Assembly (NCBI GenBank): GCA_031551525.1
Contig: JAVBNN010000004.1
Location: forward strand, 29,446-93,445
Length of the DNA: 64,000 nt
DNA from: Acidaminococcales bacterium
Lineage (GTDB): Bacteria; Bacillota; Negativicutes; Acidaminococcales; JAISLQ01
Direction of reading: 5' to 3'
Shown: positions 18,502 to 28,093 of the stretch, piece after piece
Layout of the letters: every line of letters begins with the position of its first letter
How positions within the stretch are numbered: the stretch's first letter is position 1
Position numbers and translations under genes: made by a program
The notes under the pieces: generated by a model
What the model saw: the letters and a program-made list of their open reading frames with translations, nothing else
Told to the model about the DNA's origin: nothing
Databases searched by the model: none

Positions 18502-18896
18502 CAGTATTCCTCCATATCTATACAACCATAAATAGCCAGCCAAACACAAGGCGGTTTGCTGGATGCGTACGACACCCGGTGTTTTTCATGCGCCGGTATA
18601 AATACGCTGTCACCAGGATGCAACAGTTTTTTACTGCCGTCCGACCATTCTATTTCACCTTCACCGGCTAAGACGAGTACCCACTCGTCTTCTGTCTGGT
18701 CATACCAATAACCGTCTATGGAAGCGGTTCCCGGTGAATTAATGGCGACTGCACGGCCTTTTTGCACAGCAAAAAGTAATTTTTCCGTTTCTGCGCACCG
18801 TTCTTCGCTACCAACAGAAAAAATGTTTTGCAAAAGCCTGCCCTTCCTCCAGTTGATTTTGTAAAGAATATTATATGGGTTAAGTTCGTCTGTCAC
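18501..18896 (-). CDS. cupin domain protein
   Basis: Cupin motif GEGEIEW...LHPGDSVFIPAHEKHRV. Start set to the GTG that lies 8 nt after AAGGAG (giving MTDELNPYN...). The track's ATG at 18932 has no Shine-Dalgarno site. Confidence 0.6.
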   Translation of the reverse strand: MTDELNPYNILYKINWRKGRLLQNIFSVGSEERCAETEKLLFAVQKGRAVAINSPGTASIDGYWYDQTEDEWVLVLAGEGEIEWSDGSKKLLHPGDSVFIPAHEKHRVSYASSKPPCVWLAIYGCIDMEEY

Positions 18897-19008
18897 AATC
18901 AAAACTCCTTCTTTTGCATACAAAATACACATAAGGAAAATAAAAATATCCTGATAAGCCGTACAAATACTCTAAAATTATTTGCTATATTTCAATTCAG
19001 ACAAACCA

Positions 19009-19017
19009 TGCTATAAT
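19009..19017 (+). promoter_or_regulatory. candidate extended -10 (TGCTATAAT) for the pot operon
   Basis: tgctataat sits about 85 nt upstream of the potA start. The -35 is weak. Confidence 0.4.
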
Positions 19018-19102
19018 ATAAGGGTATATTTAGTTTGCAGGTAATGTTTACCGTTACTACAATAAAAGTATTACTATACTTCCCCGGCTGGAGGGTAAAT
19101 CT

Positions 19103-20128
19103 TTGACCAACAAAGAAACCATGATATCCATAAAAAGCGTGCAAAAAAGCTTTGCCAGCACGGTGGTCATCCCCAATTTGGATCTCACGATAAACGACGG
19201 GGAATTCCTCACTCTGCTTGGCCCGTCCGGTTGCGGCAAAACCACCCTCCTACGCATGATCGCCGGTTTTGACACACCGACGAGCGGCAGGATATTTATC
19301 GACGGACAGGATGTCACAACTTTGCCACCCTATAAACGGGATGTAAATATGGTTTTTCAGCATTATGCCCTGTTCCCACATATGACGGTGGAAGAAAATA
19401 TCCGTTTTGGCCTCACCATGAAAAAAATCCCCCCTGACGAACAAACCAGGCTGGTAGACCAGGTGGTTTATCTCACCCAACTCGATGAGTTTCGTTCAAG
19501 GCGACCCCAGCAGTTAAGCGGCGGCCAGCAGCAGCGGGTTGCTATCGCCCGCGCGCTGGTCAATAGCCCCAAAGTTCTTTTGCTGGACGAACCGCTGGGA
19601 GCGCTAGACTACCAACTGAGAAAAAACCTTCAGTTGGAACTGAAAAACTTGCAAAAAGGCCTCGGCATAACTTTTGTCTATGTAACTCATGACCAGGAAG
19701 AAGCCCTCACTATGTCCGACCGCATTGTAGTTATGAATAAAGGCATTATAGAACAAGATTCTAGCCCGGAGCTCTTATACCACCGGCCGGAATCAGAATT
19801 TGTGGCCAATTTTATTGGCGAATGCAACATTTTCCTTGAACGCGGCGCCAAAATAGCCATGCGCCCGGAAAAACTCAACTTATGCGAAATAAACGCCGAC
19901 TGGGCAGCGGCCAGTCCGGACTTTGCCCCCCATCCCCCGCCACGTCTCTTTGGCACTATCATGGATATAGTTTTTTATGGAAACATCGACAAGATATTCA
20001 TCCTTCTCGATAACAGCACGCAAATGATCACCGCCTACCAGTATTTTGACGACAAGAGAAAATGGCAGGTCGAAGAACGAGTCGGCCTGTGGTGGTATCC
20101 TGAAGACGAAGTGAGGCTGGCTCGATGA
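19103..20128 (+). CDS. potA: spermidine/putrescine ABC transporter, ATP-binding protein
   Basis: TTG start 7 nt after GGAGGG. Walker [10 protein letters not shown], signature [15 protein letters not shown] and Walker B LLLDEP are present. It is followed by two permease genes and a binding-protein gene. Confidence 0.85.
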   Translation: MTNKETMISIKSVQKSFASTVVIPNLDLTINDGEFLTLLGPSGCGKTTLLRMIAGFDTPTSGRIFIDGQDVTTLPPYKRDVNMVFQHYALFPHMTVEENIRFGLTMKKIPPDEQTRLVDQVVYLTQLDEFRSRRPQQLSGGQQQRVAIARALVNSPKVLLLDEPLGALDYQLRKNLQLELKNLQKGLGITFVYVTHDQEEALTMSDRIVVMNKGIIEQDSSPELLYHRPESEFVANFIGECNIFLERGAKIAMRPEKLNLCEINADWAAASPDFAPHPPPRLFGTIMDIVFYGNIDKIFILLDNSTQMITAYQYFDDKRKWQVEERVGLWWYPEDEVRLAR

Positions 20129-20967
20129 ACCGGGGCAAGCTGCTCGTAGCCCCTACTATTGCCTGGCTGTCCTTCTTTTTCATCGTCCCGCTCCTCATCG
20201 TGGTGGTCATATCGTTTATTGGCCGTACGCCTTATGGCCAGTTGGTTTTTGAGTTCACCCTGGAAAATTACCGGCGCTTTTTTGAGCCGTTATACCTCAA
20301 TATCCTCATCTACACCTTTGTCATGGCCTTTTTGGTCACCGCCCTAACTTTTCTTCTTAGTTACCCCCTGGCATATGCCATCGCCCGCTCCAGCAGAAAA
20401 TGGCAGAAACTAGGGCTTTTGCTGGTGATGATACCTTTTTGGATAAATTTTCTTATCCGCTCTTATGCCTGGGTCATCATACTGCGCTCACAGGGTGTGG
20501 TAAATTCACTGTTACTGGCTACAGGGCTTATCGAACAGCCGCTCGCCCTTCTCTATAACGATGGCGCGGTCTTTCTTGGCATGGTATATGCCATGCTGCC
20601 TTTTATGGTACTGCCTATCTATGTGTCCATAGAGCAACTGGACGACCGGTTGCTGGAAGCGGCCTCCGACCTCGGAGCCACACCGGCCCGCACCTTCTGG
20701 AAAGTTACCCTGCCGCTCACTATGCCAGGTATTGCCGCTGGCTCCATACTTGTTTTTATTTCTTCCCTCGGTATGTTCGTCGTGCCCGACATCATGGGCG
20801 GCGCCAAGTCTTCGCTCATCGGCAACCTTATCCAGAACCAGTTCCTGGGCGCGCGCAACTGGCCCTTCGGCTCTGCGCTCTCCATACTCCTGGCCGTCCT
20901 TTCCATGCTGCTCATCTACCTCTATTACCGGGCACTCGGCCTGAAAAAGGAGGGGGCCGCCGCATGA
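20125..20967 (+). CDS. potB: spermidine/putrescine ABC transporter permease
   Basis: 280 aa with six hydrophobic segments and the EAA-type loop [21 protein letters not shown]. Its ATGA overlaps potA. Confidence 0.8.
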   Translation: MNRGKLLVAPTIAWLSFFFIVPLLIVVVISFIGRTPYGQLVFEFTLENYRRFFEPLYLNILIYTFVMAFLVTALTFLLSYPLAYAIARSSRKWQKLGLLLVMIPFWINFLIRSYAWVIILRSQGVVNSLLLATGLIEQPLALLYNDGAVFLGMVYAMLPFMVLPIYVSIEQLDDRLLEAASDLGATPARTFWKVTLPLTMPGIAAGSILVFISSLGMFVVPDIMGGAKSSLIGNLIQNQFLGARNWPFGSALSILLAVLSMLLIYLYYRALGLKKEGAAA

Positions 20968-21764
20968 ATACTTGGCGTTATAAACTTCTTTTAGGTTATT
21001 CATTCAGCGTAATAGCTTTTCTTTACCTCCCGATGCTGCTCCTGGCTGTCTATTCTTTCAACTCTTCACGCATCAACGCGGTTTGGACCGGCTTTACCCT
21101 AAACTGGTATGTGTCTCTTTTTAAAAACGACCGGGTGCTCGATGCCCTTATCAACAGTCTCTCGATAGCCGCTGTGACTACGGTCGTCTGTACCATGCTT
21201 GGAACGATGGCTGCGCTCAGCCTTAACAGATACCGTTTCAAATACCGCGGTGCGCTAAACGGCCTTCTTTACCTGCCCATGCTGATACCCGAAATAGTCA
21301 TGGGCCTGTCGCTACTCGTAATGTTCTCTCAACTGGGAATACCTTTGGGGAAAATCACCCTGGCGGCGGCCCACATAACATTTTGCATATCTTTTGTCAT
21401 CATAACAGTGAGCGCCCGACTCGAAGGCATGCGCACAGACCTTGAAGAAGCGGCACAGGACCTTTACGCCACTCCCTGGCAAACTTTTCGCCATGTGACT
21501 TTTCCGCTGGCCCTGCCGGGCATAGTGGCCGGCGCCCTGATGGCTTTTACGCTTTCCATCGACGACTTTGTCATCAGCTTTTTTGTGGCCGGTCCGGATT
21601 CCACCACCCTGCCCCTTTATATTTACGCCATGGTCAAACGTGGCATCAGCCCGGAGATAAACGCGCTCTCAACCATCATGATCGCGGCCACCATAACACT
21701 CGTTCTTCTGGGACAGTGGCTGCAAACACGATCTGACGATAAAAAACAACAAACGGAAGGATGA
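20964..21764 (+). CDS. potC: spermidine/putrescine ABC transporter permease
   Basis: 266 aa with the EAA loop LEEAAQDLYATPWQTFRHVTFP. It overlaps both potB and potD. Confidence 0.8.
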   Translation: MNTWRYKLLLGYSFSVIAFLYLPMLLLAVYSFNSSRINAVWTGFTLNWYVSLFKNDRVLDALINSLSIAAVTTVVCTMLGTMAALSLNRYRFKYRGALNGLLYLPMLIPEIVMGLSLLVMFSQLGIPLGKITLAAAHITFCISFVIITVSARLEGMRTDLEEAAQDLYATPWQTFRHVTFPLALPGIVAGALMAFTLSIDDFVISFFVAGPDSTTLPLYIYAMVKRGISPEINALSTIMIAATITLVLLGQWLQTRSDDKKQQTEG

Positions 21765-22858
21765 TGTATCAAATGAAAAAAACCGGTATCATTTTTACGA
21801 TCCTCTTGCTCACCCTCTCGCTGCTAGCTGGCTGTGGCGGCAACAAAAGCGCTGAAAAACCCAAGGAACAGCCCCCCGCTAAAAGCGGCGCCCAGCAAAC
21901 TCTCAATCTTTTCAGTTGGGCAGATAATTTTGACGCCGATGTTCTAAAAGAGTTTGAGAAAAAATATAACTGCAAAATAAACTATGATGTTTTTGCAAAT
22001 AACGAAGAACTGTTGGCTAAAATGCAGGCTGGCGGCAGTCAGTATGACCTCATTCAGCCGTCTGACTATATGGTCGCCACCATGATAAAACTCAACATGC
22101 TGGAAAAGCTCAACATGAAAAACTTGCCCAACGTGGCCAGTATGGCTACCAACTTCAAGAGCCCTCCCTTTGATCCGAAAGGTGAGTATTCAGTCATTTA
22201 TTCCTGGGGCATCACCGGCATCGCCTACAATAAAAAACATGTCAAAAATCCCCCCACGAGTTGGTCCGACCTCTGGAAACCAGAATACAAAGGCCGTGTG
22301 GTGCTTTTGAATGATAGCAGAGAAATCATCGGGATGGCACTGAAGAAAAACGGCCTCTCCAACAGTTCCACCAAACCGCAGGAGCTGGAAACAGCCTTTA
22401 ACGACCTAAAAAAACTGGCGCCGAGTGTCCTTGCCTATGATACGGACAATATAAAACAAAAATTCATCGCCGAAGAAGCCTGGATAGGCACCATGTGGTC
22501 GGGTGACGCGGTCTTTACCCAAGCGGAAAATAAAGATATCGCCTATGTTATACCAAAAGAAAACGGCACCATCTGGGCAGATACCTTCGCCATCCCGAAA
22601 AACGCCAAAAACAAGGAACTGGCGGAAAAGTTTATCAACTACCTGTATGATATAAAGGTCAGCGTTAAAAACTATGAGGCGATCGGCTATATGAATCCCA
22701 ACCAGAAAGCCTACGCACAGCATTCGGAAGAATACAAAAACAACCCCATATTTAAAATCGCCACTGCCGCTATCGATAAAAGCGAATGGCTGGTAGATGT
22801 GGGTAATACACTGAACACTTATGACAAATACTGGACAGAACTGAAAACGGTAAAATAG
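21761..22858 (+). CDS. potD: spermidine/putrescine-binding lipoprotein
   Basis: Lipobox LSLLAG|CGG. It resembles PotD/PotF-family solute-binding proteins (NLFSWADNFD..., WSGDA). The in-frame MKKTG start at 21773 is an alternative. Confidence 0.8.
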   Translation: MMYQMKKTGIIFTILLLTLSLLAGCGGNKSAEKPKEQPPAKSGAQQTLNLFSWADNFDADVLKEFEKKYNCKINYDVFANNEELLAKMQAGGSQYDLIQPSDYMVATMIKLNMLEKLNMKNLPNVASMATNFKSPPFDPKGEYSVIYSWGITGIAYNKKHVKNPPTSWSDLWKPEYKGRVVLLNDSREIIGMALKKNGLSNSSTKPQELETAFNDLKKLAPSVLAYDTDNIKQKFIAEEAWIGTMWSGDAVFTQAENKDIAYVIPKENGTIWADTFAIPKNAKNKELAEKFINYLYDIKVSVKNYEAIGYMNPNQKAYAQHSEEYKNNPIFKIATAAIDKSEWLVDVGNTLNTYDKYWTELKTVK

Positions 22859-23147
22859 TCTACAAACATAGCCATTGAAAAAATAGATTCCGTTACAAAC
22901 AAAATGTATTGTTTTGCAACTTTGCTTTGTGAGAAAAAACTTCAGAACTTCACCGTGCGCGACATGAAAAACCGCATGGTCTGGCCGCAAGAGAAAACCT
23001 AATTTCATCGCACAAGACAAAGCATCCGCCGGTCAATATAGTTGGCGGACACACTACAGCATATCCTCCACTTTCTTCATCTCTTGCTTCAATTGCCTGC
23101 GCACTATGCACAAGCGAAGTAGCAAATGATAGAGGGGGATATCTGCA

Positions 23148-24074
23148 ATGGAATTTTCTCAGCTTAAATATTTCAAGGCGTTGGCGGAAACAGGAAACCT
23201 CACGCGCACCAGTGAAAAACTGCACCTTTCCGCGCCGGCTTTGAGTACAGCCATCGGAAAGCTGGAAAGCGAACTGGGTTGCACTCTGTTTGACCGGGTA
23301 AGCGGAAAATCATTGGTGCTAAACGACCGGGGACGGCTGTTACTCGCCGCCTACAATGAAGTAGCCGATACTTTGCATAACGCGACTCGCGCCATACAGG
23401 AAATGAGCTGCTCGGACACGGGGCGTCTGGCTGTCGCTACCGCCTCGCCCATGCTTTACCAGGATTGTTTTATAAGTTTTCGGCAGCATTTTCCCGCGGT
23501 ATGCTTATTCCACACCCATCTTGATCTGCAGCATTTACACGATCTGGAGATGGTAAAACGCTACGATTTTATCATAGCGACGCCCCAGGATATGTCGCCG
23601 ATCGCCGCTGATTTGCAGCATGAGGTTTTGTACTCTAAAGACCCGCCTATGCTGATGGTCTATCCAGAACATAAATTTGCCAACCAAAAAAGCGTGAAAG
23701 TTGCCGAACTGGATGGCGAGCCCTTTATAGCCCTTAATAATAACCTTTCCTCGCGCTGGATGTTTGATGAACTATTCCGTATCGCCGGAATAAAACCGAA
23801 AATCATTTTTGAAACAGACCATTTTGTACGGGAAAGAATGATCCTCGAATGCCAGGGGATAGGCCTTTCCACCAATCAGGTCCGGCTTGCCAATCTGCAA
23901 TCACGCCTTGTATTTGTAGCGCTTGAAGACCCTAACCTGCTCAGAAGGCAGGATCTATGGTGGTACAAACGGCGGACGCTCTCTACTATTGCGGAAGCAT
24001 TCCTGAAATTTGCACCAAAATACTATCAGCGCATCAACCTGGCTCAAGATAAAACAACATCTCTCAAATTATAG
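23148..24074 (+). CDS. LysR-family transcriptional regulator
   Basis: N-terminal HTH MEFSQLKYFKALAETGNLTRTSEKLHLSAPALSTAIGKLESELGCTLFDR, followed by a substrate-binding domain. 308 aa. Confidence 0.9.
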   Translation: MEFSQLKYFKALAETGNLTRTSEKLHLSAPALSTAIGKLESELGCTLFDRVSGKSLVLNDRGRLLLAAYNEVADTLHNATRAIQEMSCSDTGRLAVATASPMLYQDCFISFRQHFPAVCLFHTHLDLQHLHDLEMVKRYDFIIATPQDMSPIAADLQHEVLYSKDPPMLMVYPEHKFANQKSVKVAELDGEPFIALNNNLSSRWMFDELFRIAGIKPKIIFETDHFVRERMILECQGIGLSTNQVRLANLQSRLVFVALEDPNLLRRQDLWWYKRRTLSTIAEAFLKFAPKYYQRINLAQDKTTSLKL

Positions 24075-24140
24075 TAAAATCCTATTGTTCAGTGCGTAGC
24101 CTGACCATACCCGTAATTTGATAGCTTTTTATATGCAGCA

Positions 24141-24173
24141 CAGCCTCCGGCCAAGCCGGTGGCTGATTTTTTT
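24141..24173 (+). terminator. terminator after the LysR gene
   Basis: Stem cagcctccggc (24141-24151) / gccggtggctg (24155-24165) with one mismatch and loop caa, followed by T7. Confidence 0.75.
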
Positions 24174-24333
24174 ATGCGTAAAGCAAACAGCCGTTATTAC
24201 CGCCCGCATTTCTACCCCTTAAACACCACTTATAAGGGGCATAAAGAAAAAGGTAATTCCCAAATTTTCTTTAGCGGGCCACACTATAAATAAGGGAAAA
24301 TACCCGTATTAAAAAAAGAAGGGATGTGAAGGT

Positions 24334-24741
24334 ATGAAAATCAAGAAAATCAACCACATAGCCATAGCCGTCCGCAATATGGAACAATCCATCGCCTTTC
24401 ACCGGGATGTTCTCAAACTGCATTATGAAGGTTACGAGGAATTGCCCGAAATAGGCTGTGCCGTGGCATTTTTTTCCTGCGGCGAAGTGGAGGTGGAACT
24501 GGTCACGCCTATTGGTCCGCAAGCCTTTGTAAACAAGCATCTGGAAACTTTTGGCGAAGGCTTGTATCATATCGCCTACGAAGTAGACTCTATCCAGGAG
24601 TCGCTTGATTATTTAGCCGCCAATAATATCCCGCTGCGCAGCCCCTTCGCCAAACCAGGCTCGAGGAACACTCTAGTCGGGTACCTGAATGCAGAAGGCG
24701 CATGTGGCGTAGTAACCGAACTGGTGGAATTACCCAAATAA
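24334..24741 (+). CDS. VOC-family protein, methylmalonyl-CoA epimerase-like
   Basis: 135 aa. INHIAIAVRNMEQSIAFH ... GEGLYHIAYEVDSI ... ELVE gives the paired beta-alpha-beta-beta-beta metal-ligand pattern (H, H, E) typical of MCE/glyoxalase folds. Confidence 0.65.
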   Translation: MKIKKINHIAIAVRNMEQSIAFHRDVLKLHYEGYEELPEIGCAVAFFSCGEVEVELVTPIGPQAFVNKHLETFGEGLYHIAYEVDSIQESLDYLAANNIPLRSPFAKPGSRNTLVGYLNAEGACGVVTELVELPK

Positions 24742-24827
24742 ACAATTCCCTTACCCGATACCCCACCTTATCACACAGGTAGGCGGCACCGCCAAATATG
24801 TCCGTTATCAAAAAAACATAGACGGGA

Positions 24828-26195
24828 GTGCATGAAATGAACCATGAAGTAATCAGTCTTATTGGTATATTTTTCTCCTTGTGTCTTATCATGTGGTTGG
24901 CCTATAAAGGCATGAACCTTTTACTCGTCGGTCCCTTGTGTTCTCTGGTATGTCTATTTTTTGCCTTTGGCAGCGTTGATATAGTCAAAGGTATGTTAAC
25001 TTCATATTCTGCCGGCTTTGGCAATTACGCTAAAAACTTCTTTCTCATGTTCGCGCTCGGCGCGGTCTTCGGCCGCCTCACCAGCGATACCGGTACCGGC
25101 AAGACCATAGCACTCAAGCTGGCTACAGTACTCGGCAAGGTAAATGTTAAAACCCGGGCGTCCCGCATTTCCATAACCATCCTGCTAATCTCGCTCATAA
25201 CAACCATCCTCTGTCTGGGCGGAGTAAGTTCCTTTGTCGTCATCTTTACCATGGTCGGCATAATGAAGCCTCTGTTTGAGGCGCAGGATATCCCCTGGCA
25301 CACTTCTTTATGCGGCATAACCATCGGTTCGCAGGTGTTTACCGCCACCATGATACCCGGTTCCCCGGCCATCCAAAATCTTATTCCCATCAAATATCTG
25401 GGCACCACCGCTAAAGCGGCCCCGATGCTGGCCCTGGCATCTGCCGCTGTCTCCATCATTTTTTGTATATTCTACGTCCTTTATGTCGCCAAAAAAGCAG
25501 AGAAGGAAAACGAACGTTTCATGCCAACAGGCGAAATAATCAGCACTACACTCAAGAGCGACATTGATATAAAAGAAGGCGAGAGCATAACCTGGTGGCA
25601 ATTCAGCATGGCTCTTTTACCATCCATTACCCTGTTGACGGCGCTCAACGCCTTTAACATAGCTCCAGAGGTCGCCTTGTTCATAGGTATAGTCATGAAC
25701 ATCATACTTTTTTGGGGGCAAATCAAAGATTTGGGCGTGTCGCTGGGCGAAGGCGCTTTCGCCGGCGCCCGGACGCTACTCGGCATCTGCGCGGTCGTCG
25801 GTTTTGGCAGTGTAGTCAACATCGTACCCGGCTACAACTTCGTAGTCCGCATGCTCGATACCATCCCCGGCCCACCGGTAGTGCAACTGGTTATCGCAAC
25901 AAACCTAATAGCCGGCATCACAGGCTCGGCTTCGGGCGGCCTGGCTATAGCGCTCGATACCTTTGCCAAACGCTACATAGCGATGGGCATAGCACCAGAA
26001 GTCATTCATCGTGTGTCGGCCATGGCCTGCTATGGTTTGGATTCTCTGCCGCACAACGGTTCTGTTATCAATATGATAAACACTGCCGGTTTGACACATA
26101 AAAACGCTTATAAACATTTTTGGTGGTGTACGGTAGTCATACCAGTATTCGTTTCCGTATTCAGCATCATTTTCGTACAGATGGGTATTATTTGA
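24828..26195 (+). CDS. GntP-family (gluconate/organic-acid:H+ symporter-like) permease
   Basis: 455 aa and polytopic. It has a family-like GAVFGRLTSDTGTGKTIALKL segment and a C-terminal SLPHNGSVI region. An in-frame ATG at 24837 is an alternative start. Confidence 0.65.
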   Translation: MHEMNHEVISLIGIFFSLCLIMWLAYKGMNLLLVGPLCSLVCLFFAFGSVDIVKGMLTSYSAGFGNYAKNFFLMFALGAVFGRLTSDTGTGKTIALKLATVLGKVNVKTRASRISITILLISLITTILCLGGVSSFVVIFTMVGIMKPLFEAQDIPWHTSLCGITIGSQVFTATMIPGSPAIQNLIPIKYLGTTAKAAPMLALASAAVSIIFCIFYVLYVAKKAEKENERFMPTGEIISTTLKSDIDIKEGESITWWQFSMALLPSITLLTALNAFNIAPEVALFIGIVMNIILFWGQIKDLGVSLGEGAFAGARTLLGICAVVGFGSVVNIVPGYNFVVRMLDTIPGPPVVQLVIATNLIAGITGSASGGLAIALDTFAKRYIAMGIAPEVIHRVSAMACYGLDSLPHNGSVINMINTAGLTHKNAYKHFWWCTVVIPVFVSVFSIIFVQMGII

Positions 26196-26228
26196 TAAAA
26201 TTCAACAAATTTTAAGGAGGATAAAGCT

Positions 26229-27047
26229 ATGAAAAAAGTAATAATAACAGCCGCCCTTACTGGCTCCGTCCCCAGCAAAGACAAATTCCCTGACCTTCCC
26301 ATCACAGTAGATGAAATTGTGACAGACGCCATCAGGTGCCATGATGCCGGCGCAGCCGTGGTACATATTCATGTCCGCAATAAAGAGACCGGGAAAAACT
26401 GCCACGATGAAGGCCAGTTCCGCACGATCAAAGAACAGCTTACAGCTAGATGTCCCGACCTTATAGTGCAACTTTCCACCGGCGGTCGCTATGAAGTGGA
26501 CGACCACACCCGCAACAGTGGCCTCAGGTGCCACCCGGAAATGGCCAGTTGGTGTCCCGGTTCGGTGGGCTTTCCCACCGGCGCTTATGTTAATACCACG
26601 GAATTTTACACCGACCAGGCTAAATATATGCTTGAACACAACATCAAACCGGAAATAGAATGTTTTGATACACACATGGTACAAAACGCCCTGGATTTTT
26701 ACAAAGAAGGTCTTTTGACCGGGCCGTTGTACTTTGATTTTGTAATGGGCGTGCAGCGTGCCCAGCCTGCCACCCTGTCACAGCTGGGTTATTTGCTGAG
26801 CATGATCCCTAAAGACGCCGAATGGAACCTGGCCGGAGTCGGCAATCACCAACTCAGTACTATCCTTTGGGCTCTGGGCGGCGGCGGACACGTCCGCGTG
26901 GGTTTGGAAGATAACCAGTACCTTTCAAAAGGAGTAAAAGCCACTAATGCCCAACAGGTGGAACGCGTAGTACGCATAGCAAAAGAGATCGGCCGCGAAA
27001 TAGCAAATGGCGCCGAAACGCGCGCCATGTTCGGCATCAGCAGATAA
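26229..27047 (+). CDS. BKACE-family (DUF849) beta-keto acid cleavage enzyme, 3-keto-5-aminohexanoate cleavage enzyme-like
   Basis: 272 aa. It starts MKKVIITAALTGSVPSKDKFPDLPITVDEIV. The HIHVR His-x-His zinc motif and the VRVGLEDN glutamate are characteristic of the Kce/BKACE TIM-barrel family. Confidence 0.8.
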   Translation: MKKVIITAALTGSVPSKDKFPDLPITVDEIVTDAIRCHDAGAAVVHIHVRNKETGKNCHDEGQFRTIKEQLTARCPDLIVQLSTGGRYEVDDHTRNSGLRCHPEMASWCPGSVGFPTGAYVNTTEFYTDQAKYMLEHNIKPEIECFDTHMVQNALDFYKEGLLTGPLYFDFVMGVQRAQPATLSQLGYLLSMIPKDAEWNLAGVGNHQLSTILWALGGGGHVRVGLEDNQYLSKGVKATNAQQVERVVRIAKEIGREIANGAETRAMFGISR

Positions 27048-27078
27048 CGCGCAGACAATTTGAAAGGCAGGGATAACA

Positions 27079-27978
27079 ATGAAAATAAGTTTTGTGGGCT
27101 TAGGACAGATGGGCAAAGGCATGGCCATAAACCTGGCCAAATGCGGCTGCGACTATCTAGTCAACGATGTCAGCGATAAAATGTTTTCAGAGTTTCAAGC
27201 AAAAGGTATCCGCACCAGTCAGAATATCAGCGATACTTATGATTCAGATATTATTTTCCTATGTTTACCAGACACAAAGGTAGTCGAAAAAGTGACCATA
27301 GCACCCGGCGGACTGGTCGAACATCTTGGCCCCGGGCAGATAGTGGTTGACTGCTCTACTATAGCGTACCTGCCTACTTTAAAGATAGGCGAGGCCTTCA
27401 TATCCAAAGGCATCGAATTTCTCGACTGCCCCATCTCCGGTCGCCAAGCCAGGGCAGAAGACGGCACGCTCACCATCATGTGCGCGGGCAAGGAAGCAAT
27501 CTTCCAAAAAATCAAACCATATATCGACCTTATGGGAACCGAAATAATGTATATGGGTAAAATAGGCAACGGACAACTGACTAAAATGATCAACAACTGC
27601 ATCTACGATATCAATATAGCCGCTTTCTGCGAACTTTTGACCGTAGCCGTCAAACTCGGTTTGGAACCGGAAAAAATTGGTACAGTCATAAATACCGGCA
27701 GCGCCAAAAGCGACGCGTCTGCCTTCTTTGTTCCGCAAATCCTGGAAGGCTACTTTGACTATGGTTTTACCATGGACGACGCCTATAAAGACGTCACCAG
27801 TTGCGTAGAAATAGCCTCCCTGCACGGTCTGCCCGTGCCCATGCTGGATTCTATGAATTCCATTTATAAAATGACCATGGCCAAAGGTTATGGTAAAAAG
27901 TATAAAGGCGCCATGATCCGCGTCTACGAAGACATCATGGGCGTCAAGGTACGCAAACAGGGTTTTGAAAACACCTAA
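27079..27978 (+). CDS. NAD(P)-dependent beta-hydroxyacid dehydrogenase (3-hydroxyisobutyrate dehydrogenase family)
   Basis: Rossmann motif MKISFVGLGQMGKGMAINL. It has a central DCPISG motif and a catalytic-lysine region GNGQLTKMINN. 299 aa. Confidence 0.8.
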   Translation: MKISFVGLGQMGKGMAINLAKCGCDYLVNDVSDKMFSEFQAKGIRTSQNISDTYDSDIIFLCLPDTKVVEKVTIAPGGLVEHLGPGQIVVDCSTIAYLPTLKIGEAFISKGIEFLDCPISGRQARAEDGTLTIMCAGKEAIFQKIKPYIDLMGTEIMYMGKIGNGQLTKMINNCIYDINIAAFCELLTVAVKLGLEPEKIGTVINTGSAKSDASAFFVPQILEGYFDYGFTMDDAYKDVTSCVEIASLHGLPVPMLDSMNSIYKMTMAKGYGKKYKGAMIRVYEDIMGVKVRKQGFENT

Positions 27979-28053
27979 AAACAAATTAACCAGTATTGCA
28001 TGTGTATTACCTGGCAGCGCCCGCAAAGGCGCTGGCTTTCACCAGATACACAA

Positions 28054-28085
28054 CCCCTGTCTTTTCAAAAAAGGCAGGGGTTTTA
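28054..28085 (+). terminator. terminator after the dehydrogenase gene
   Basis: Stem cccctgtc (28054-28061) / ggcagggg (28073-28080) with an 11-nt loop, followed by tttt. Confidence 0.55.
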
Positions 28086-28093
28086 CTTTACTT

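Noticed and set aside
24216-24240. Inverted repeat CCCCTTA-N11-TAAGGGG upstream of the VOC gene, considered as a possible LysR T-N11-A operator.
   Set aside because: - The geometry fits T-N11-A, but a single occurrence seen by eye is weak evidence.
- It could equally be a small hairpin, so it is not reported as a feature.
28011-28036. Hairpin cagcgcc-cgcaaa-ggcgctg downstream of the dehydrogenase gene.
   Set aside because: It has no adjacent T-run. The hairpin at 28054-28085 is the better terminator candidate.
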